DNA of 64,000 bases from Hydrolagus colliei (lineage: Eukaryota), in assembly GCA_035084275.1 (NCBI GenBank), contig CM068747.1:7316001-7380000 (forward strand), given 5' to 3'. The notes beneath the pieces are model-generated. The model was not told the origin of the DNA, did no database searches, and was given only the letters and a program-made list of their open reading frames with translations. Below, piece after piece: positions 57,640-64,000 of this stretch; positions within the stretch are counted from its first letter, which is position 1, and each line of letters begins with the position of its first letter. The position numbers and the translations under genes were made by a program.

Positions 57640-58290
57640 GGGACTTTTTTGTGTAAAAAAAAACTATTGCCCACAGCGACTGCCCGAACCGACTTTGATT
57701 CCCGACGCAAGACTTCAACGCCCAAAAGCCGGAGATAATAACAGTGTTAAGTTACTTACATCCATCAGCGGGGGTGGGGGGAGGGGGGGGATTAATCATT
57801 GTAACACCGAGCTGTGGCCGAGCCCTCACAGTTTGTGTTTTGTGCTCTGGGCTGAGGCAGATCAATATCTTACAGTACCTGGGGTCCCGCAGTCTCCAGT
57901 CCTCTTAATCTCTATGTGTTGCCAATGCAACGTTCAACGTAAATCCTTGTTCCCCGCTCTCCTTTCCCCATCCCCTCGCCACTCCCTGTGTCGAATAGTC
58001 CCTCACCTGGATCTCCCTCTCCCACACTCTGGTCCAACACCGAACAACGCCTTGCGAATCTCTCCCTCTTCCCACCCAATGTCAGTGGACCTGACTCCAG
58101 ATTGGCCCTCCTTCGTGTCAGTGAAACACAGCGGGAGCAATCAGAGGAGGGGAGAGAAAGCTCCACGTTTACCGTCTGTATAATCAGAGATGCCCGTGGA
58201 GACTGTTCACTTATCTGTCCCCCTGAGCTCCTGCAGTTTGTGTTGTTGCTGAGGTCCTGGTCCATTTACGCTCCGGAGTCAGCCCGCTAA
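57640..58290 (-). promoter_or_regulatory. CpG-enriched unique segment; candidate promoter and non-coding first exon(s) of LRRC3
   Basis: Visibly more CG dinucleotides than the flanks; several minus-strand donor-like sites (GTAAGT near 57755, CAG|GTACTG near 57877, CAG|GTGAGG near 58005); the LRRC3 coding exon has an acceptor needing an upstream exon. Confidence 0.35.
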
Positions 58291-58299
58291 TGGCTAATG

Positions 58300-58756
58300 G
58301 GGGGGGGGGAGTGTGGCCTGGCTTCCCTGTCAGAACCACGACCCCGACCCCCCCCTCTCTGTTTGTTTCCCCCTCCTCCACCAGCTCTGGAACTCCATCC
58401 CACGGTCCCTTCGCCTCGCTTCCTCCCTTGCCTCCTTCAAGACCCTCCTTCTCGATCCCATGTGCCTCTCTCCCTCTTCTCTCCCTACCCTCCCCTCTCT
58501 CCCTCTTCTCTCCCTACCCTCCCCTCCCTCCCTCTTCTCTCCCTACCCTCCCCTCCCTCCCTCTTCTCTCCCTACCCTCCCCTCCCTCTTCTCTCCCTAC
58601 CCTCCCCTCCCCCTTCTCTCCCTCCCCTCCCCTCCCTCTTCTCTCCCTACCCTCCCCTCCCCTCCCCCATACTCGGGTCCTGGCCCCTGACTGTTCAGCA
58701 CCTTGGAAAGTCCTCCCGACATGAAAGGCGTTCTATAAATGTCATTTTGTTGTTGT
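58300..58756 (+). mobile_element. L2-type LINE 3' fragment with an expanded polypyrimidine minisatellite
   Basis: TGGAACTCCATCCC...CCTTCAAGACC, repeat array, then GCACCTTGGAAAGTCCTCCCGACATGAAAGGCG tail. Confidence 0.8.
58465..58668. repeat. C/T-rich minisatellite with core CCCTCTTCTCTCCCTACCCTCCCCT
   Basis: About seven variable-length units seen directly. Confidence 0.9.
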
Positions 58757-60564
58757 CAACTGAGGTCCTGTTTGCCTATTCAGGTGGAAGTTAAGAATCA
58801 TGTGGCTTTATTAAGATTATTAATAATATTTGGTTTGCTCTCTTGGTCTTGAACCTCTAACAGTTTGATCTAGTCTCCCACTGACCGACTCGGATTGAGA
58901 TTTTAACAGTTGCACTCTCCCCTCTAAGCCAGAAGATTTGAGGTTTAAGGCCAACATCAGAACTTTTAATTGGGTGTCCAGACTGACAATTGAGTTCAAT
59001 GCTGGGAGGTCTGCCTCTAAACCATCCTCTTCGACCATGTTTACGGTCACTCCCCCCGCCCCCACACCAGCTCGAAGTTATGCTCCGGCAATGTTAAGGG
59101 CTATGAGATTCTACCCTCCCTATGGGGTGCGATATAAGTGCAAATTGTTGTTGTTGTTGTCGGAGATATTGTCCTTCACATGCAACATTAAATCACGGTC
59201 CCATTTTTGCCTTTTTAGATACGCGTTGCAAATCCCATGATACTATTTAAAAAGAGAAGCGAGTTTCTCCCAGTCTCATAGCCAACAATCCCCCAGATAA
59301 AATTAGTTGTTCACTTTGTGGTACTTTGTGGAACATTGCAATGGCAAATTGGCTGCTGTGTTTGCTTACTATAGCCATTACAGTAAAAAAAATTCAAAGT
59401 GCTTTTTAACAATTTAATGTGAAAAAGCATTAACTACCGTACAGGAATCCCTCCATCTAATACCTCTTCCCTCTGCTTTGAAAACCCTACTAACAATCTT
59501 CCTCCTGCTCCCCACCAATTTCCCATCTTGCTCAAGCTCCATATGATCTCGGCAAAGAGCTTTAAGATATTTATCTACACGAAAGGTGCTATATAAATTC
59601 AAGCTATTGTTTTTCAAGCATCTTCTAACTCCCTTTTAGAAAGCCATGTGAGGATTCTACTTCATTCGATTGAACTGAACACCTTTAAAGGAGCAATTGA
59701 GTTTGTACAAGTATTGATGTATATTTGTTAGTGAAGATTGTCGCCAGTGTGAAATCGCACAAATTGATGTGATGCATTTTCAAAGTAGTCCAGTAGCACT
59801 TAAGAGTCTTTGACGCCCACATTGTGGTGAATCATCTGCTACAGATTATAGACTGTTACATTGAGAAAACTATAGAATCAGTTTCAAGATTAGAGCAGCC
59901 CATTCCATGCAGAAACAGAGCATCTCTAACCCAGCCGCACATTGGTATTCCCACTTGGAATACATTCGCATAACTTCATACTGTGATTCCCACTCAGCCT
60001 ATACTAACACATTCTAACCTTACACTGCCATTTAAATTGTAAATGAGATTGAAAATGTCAACCCGAAACAACACCTTAGGATGCATGGAGACGGTAGAAC
60101 AAGAGGACATCGATTTGGAGTTGACACTGCAAAGCGCAATTTTAGGTCAGATACTGGGAAGATTTTCTTTACCCTGAAGCTAATTAACAATTAGAACAGA
60201 TTGTCAAGAAGGATGGTTGAGGCCAGTACACTGGACTCGTTTAAAAAGCATCTTAATGCTGTGATGAGAAGTTGGGAGGGTGGGTGTCCTGGAGGGATGA
60301 GATCACATGAGCCAAATGACCTTCTTCATTCAAATTGATCTTGTGAGAATACGCTCAACAAAACTATTGAAGAAAAACAACGTTGAGGATAAATGTCAAC
60401 GATAAATGCTATTAATTTAGTGGACAAGCTAAATTTATAGACCAAGGGAAATTTCCATCTTATATGAAACTCTCAATCTGATTTAGAGAATCTGAAGCAT
60501 GGTAAAAGATAAAGAAATCACAAAATATGTTCAAACAAATTGACTAATTTAATTAATCACAAGT

Positions 60565-60950
60565 TACAACAACAACAAAATTACAGTTGTATAGCGCCTT
60601 TCACGTAAGGAGGAAGTCCCAAGGGGCTGGACAGTCATTGTTTCAGATCTAAGCTGGGGACGGGGGTGGAGGGAAAGGGGGGTGGATTTGGGGTGACCAA
60701 TGGGACTGTCGAAGAGAAGGGTCTTGAGATGGGATTTGAAGGAGGCTACGGAGGGGGCAAGGTGGAGGGACTGCAGAATGGAGTTCCAGAGGTTGGAGGC
60801 AGAGTGGCTGAATGTTTGCCCGCCAATGGGTGGTTCGGGGGATGTGGAGCTGGCCGGAGCCTGCTGAGCAGAGCCTGCTGTGTAGGAGGTTTGGAGGTCA
60901 CAGAGGTAGAGTGGGGTGAGACCATGGAGGGCTTTGAAGGTGAGACCCAA
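60565..60950 (-). mobile_element. L2-type LINE 3' fragment
   Basis: LTFKALHGLTPLYLCDL...FSHSASNLWNS...FKSHLKT, a typical L2 ORF2 end, plus B-family tail. Confidence 0.85.
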
Positions 60951-62899
60951 TAAAAGATAGATTAAAAGAGTGATAGGATAGATGAATGCTTTATGGTTAA
61001 TGGAAAGCATGATTCCCAGCGCAGCACAGTGAATGTGGGCTTGGGTGAGAGGAGGACCATTGACCTGGCAATGCTTTCACAGTAGAGTAACTTCAATCTC
61101 CCTCCCATGCTTTTGGTCATCTAGCCGGTCAGAAGGAACTTGATGTGGCTCAGTTATAAACGTCCTCCCGATGTGAAAGGCGCTCTATAAATCTAATTTT
61201 CTTGTTGTTGGTGTCTCAATGATATGTTAAGGTGATACTGTATATCTAGTGCAAGGCTTATGCAATCCTTGCATTTGATATAGCGCCTTTTTATGTCTTC
61301 GATAATACATAATAATAATTAACCTTGAAGAGAAGTCACACCAAGCTATCTCCAGGTGGGGAGAATCAATGGTCATGCAGGACCATCAGCAGCACCTATT
61401 TTTGGAGGACCAAGCTTTGTGATTTGAAAGGAGTTGAGTCTAATTGGGAAGCAACGGCTCCTTGGCCATAGACATTTTGCTCGGGAAAATTTCCACAATG
61501 CTGTAAGATTCTTTTAAGAACTAAACAACATCTGATATTATATAGTGCCTTTCATGTTTACAAAGCATCTCAAATCACAGGATTTTACTGTAAAGTGGAG
61601 TGACTATGTTTTTATAGGTGACTTTGAAGTTAAGACTAAATTCAACAGTTTGCCAAATTCTAAACACTCTGAATTTCCAAGTGTGTCAAGTAAATCTAAA
61701 CCTGGATGGAATTCCTCCACCATTTGCATCACAATATGATAGACTAGAGCAGACTTCTGCCAGAGAGTTTGCATACTAATTAGAGCATAAAGGGCAGGGG
61801 TGAGAGGCCATCTGCAAAATGCCAGAGATACAGAACGCAAAAGCAGCAGGCAGCGTTCCTCATTACCACATTATAATCTAGTCTGTGCAAGCGCTGACAA
61901 CACTGTTGCTATGACAACTTAGTTGCACATCCATAATGCACAGCGTAGCTGAAATCAGACATTGGGTTTGGCAGAGGATAAGTGTTGTAAAATCTGATAA
62001 ATATCTTAATAATTTCTAATCAAACCAGATTAGAAATCGGAGTCTTCTAATCAGATTTTGAACAGGTTGGTTTGGCAGCCTATAAACTCGCAGTAAGTAC
62101 TCAGTTTAGTTTCCTGAGCTCTGCTTAATCCAATGTGAATGTTTCGACAGTGTCCTCAAACATAAATGCAAGGTTCACTCAAAGCACTATGCAACACTCA
62201 TAGCTTTGATATGCCTTTATAATAAGGCATGCTTTTGAAATCTTTTGATGCAACTGAGTTCCAGGTGCAAGAGACACAAAGTGCGGAATAATTTGGCACA
62301 GGCTCAAAATGAATAAACCTCAAAGTGAGACGGCAATTACGAGACTTGATTTGTTAAAAATTCACACCGCATACGGGATATGCGAAACAGGCACCCAACC
62401 AAGTGAGTACGGAGAATGTCTGTAAGTATGGTGGGGTGCCCAATAGTTAGAGAAACACATTCAGGAGCTTCACTCGTTGACCAATTATTAGATGTTTTCT
62501 TTCGGAATACAACATCTGGGGATACTGCAAACAGCTTATGGAAGGAACTGACTTTTTGAGCCTAATATCTTGTTCTTGTTTTCTTTTTACCAATCAAAAT
62601 TTAACGATAATAATAATCCTCACATTTCATATAGCGCTTTTCATGTTGTCTAGTTGTCTCAAAGCACTTCACAGAATATACTGTCAAGTGAATAATAATC
62701 CTTGGGGTAGAAATTCTACCTGGTTCTAGATTTACTTTATTAATGCAGCAGGCAAGCTGTCAGTTTGATTTACCTCTGTGTCAGAAGATGGTGGTTTAAG
62801 ACTCAGGTCACGATGTTAAACTCACATTCCAATGCAGTGCTAGGGGTGCATTATTGGATGTGGGGGTGCATTATTAAAAGAAATTCATGTTTTTTAGAT

Positions 62900-63420
62900 G
62901 TATTGCAATATGAAGCAAGGGAAGGAGGCAAAGGTTATGTGGGATGGTGTTCCAGAGGGTGGGGTAAGAGAGGCTGAAGGCCCGACCACCAATGGTGGGG
63001 TGGGCCGGGCGAGGGACATAAGGCAGGCCTGCTGAACAGAGGGAGCAGATAGGTTGATATGGAGTCACAGGTCACAGAGGTATGAAGGGGCAAGGCCGTG
63101 GAGGGACTTGAAGACAAGGGTTTTGAACTCTATTCTCTTTGGGATGGGGAGGCAATGGAGCCGATGTGGGTGATGGGGTCATGGAGCCTGCTCAGGGAGA
63201 GGACAGAGTTCTGGATGAGATGTAGTTTGTGGAGGGAAAAGTTGGGAAAGCCGACATTCAGGGAGTTGGCATAGTCAAGCCTAGATATGATGAACGCGTG
63301 GATGAGGGTTTCAGGGGCACTTGTCTGTAGATGTCACCAAGAGGACGCATGTACAAATTGAAGAGGAAAGCACCAAGGACAAATCCTGAGGAATAGCACA
63401 AGAGACTGTGTGGGGGCTGG
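62900..63420 (-). mobile_element. Degenerate L2-type LINE ORF2 fragments
   Basis: SSGFVLGAFLFNLYMRPLG (RT motif relic) and TIGGRAFS...LWN. Confidence 0.7.
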
Positions 63421-63784
63421 AGAAGCTTTTTGTAATAGTAATCCTTGCATTTGATATAGTGATTTTTACGTCTTCTAGACGTCTCACAGTGCTTCACAGT
63501 GGATACAAAGTGGAGGCATTGTAATAGATAGAATCTGAACTACTAAAGAACATTGTGTATTTTTAAGCGAAATATTTTGCACCCAGTAAGAGCCCACGAA
63601 CAGCCAACAGTGAATAACCAGTTTATTTGGAGGATTGTTGCCTTGGATACGAGAGGGACATCAGTTATAGTAAAACTAAATCCATGCAGTTAATGTAGAG
63701 CCTATAAAATTGACCATCTCAAAGTGCTTCACAAGGTTTCTGTATTGTGTACTGTATTGTGTATAGATGTGCCAATTTGCATAC

Positions 63785-64000
63785 AACAACAAAATTACAT
63801 TTGTATAGCGCTTTTCACATCACGGGGATGTCCCAAAGTGCTGGACAGTCAATGTTTCAGACCCGAGTTGGGGTTGGAATCGGGAAGGGTGGAGGGAAAG
63901 GGGTGGATTTGGGGTGATCGATGGGACCGTCAAAGAGGAGGATCTTCAGGTGGGACCTGAAGGAGGCTAGGGATGGGGTGAGGTGGACGGACTGCTGGAT
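63785..64000 (-). mobile_element. L2-type LINE 3' end (runs off the window)
   Basis: (CAA)n plus reverse-complement B-family tail. Confidence 0.75.

Noticed and set aside
58290-58794. Pro/Ser/Leu-rich ORFs in three frames (also 20306-20854 and 14874-15329)
   Set aside because: Artefacts of stop-free low-complexity repeats inside L2 relics.

Overview
Vertebrate genomic DNA, very repeat-rich. The repeat complement (tRNA-headed CORE-like SINEs, Deu-domain SINEs, L2 and CR1 LINE relics, Penelope-type inverted repeat) suggests a cartilaginous fish, probably a chimaera; this is inference. Three protein-coding genes are supported. (1) The last three coding exons of a PCBP3-like KH-domain gene (+, 3621-11542). 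(2) A complete 12-exon, 669-aa PARP12/ZC3HAV1(ZAP)-family gene (+, 15832-25290) with five CCCH fingers, tandem WWE and an ART domain; all splice phases reconcile. (3) A single-coding-exon LRRC3 gene (-, 44582-45412). The most interesting object is the PARP gene. It is PARP12-like in architecture but has ZAP-L hallmarks: a C-terminal CaaX box (CIII) and Asn replacing the nicotinamide-stacking Tyr. It retains the catalytic-triad His, lacks the ZAP CpG-pocket aromatics, has a consensus ISRE about 80-90 bp upstream of the ATG, and lies between PCBP3-like and LRRC3 rather than beside the mammalian PARP12/ZAP neighbours. Secondary observations include candidate poison or alternative exons in the PCBP gene, a CTCF site, a hammerhead-relic hairpin in a PARP intron, covarying 3' hairpins in three LINE/SINE tail families, an unexplained CpG-richer coding-like segment, and a local rearrangement patchwork around a Tigger-like MITE. 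Homologue comparisons are from memory and repeat boundaries are approximate.
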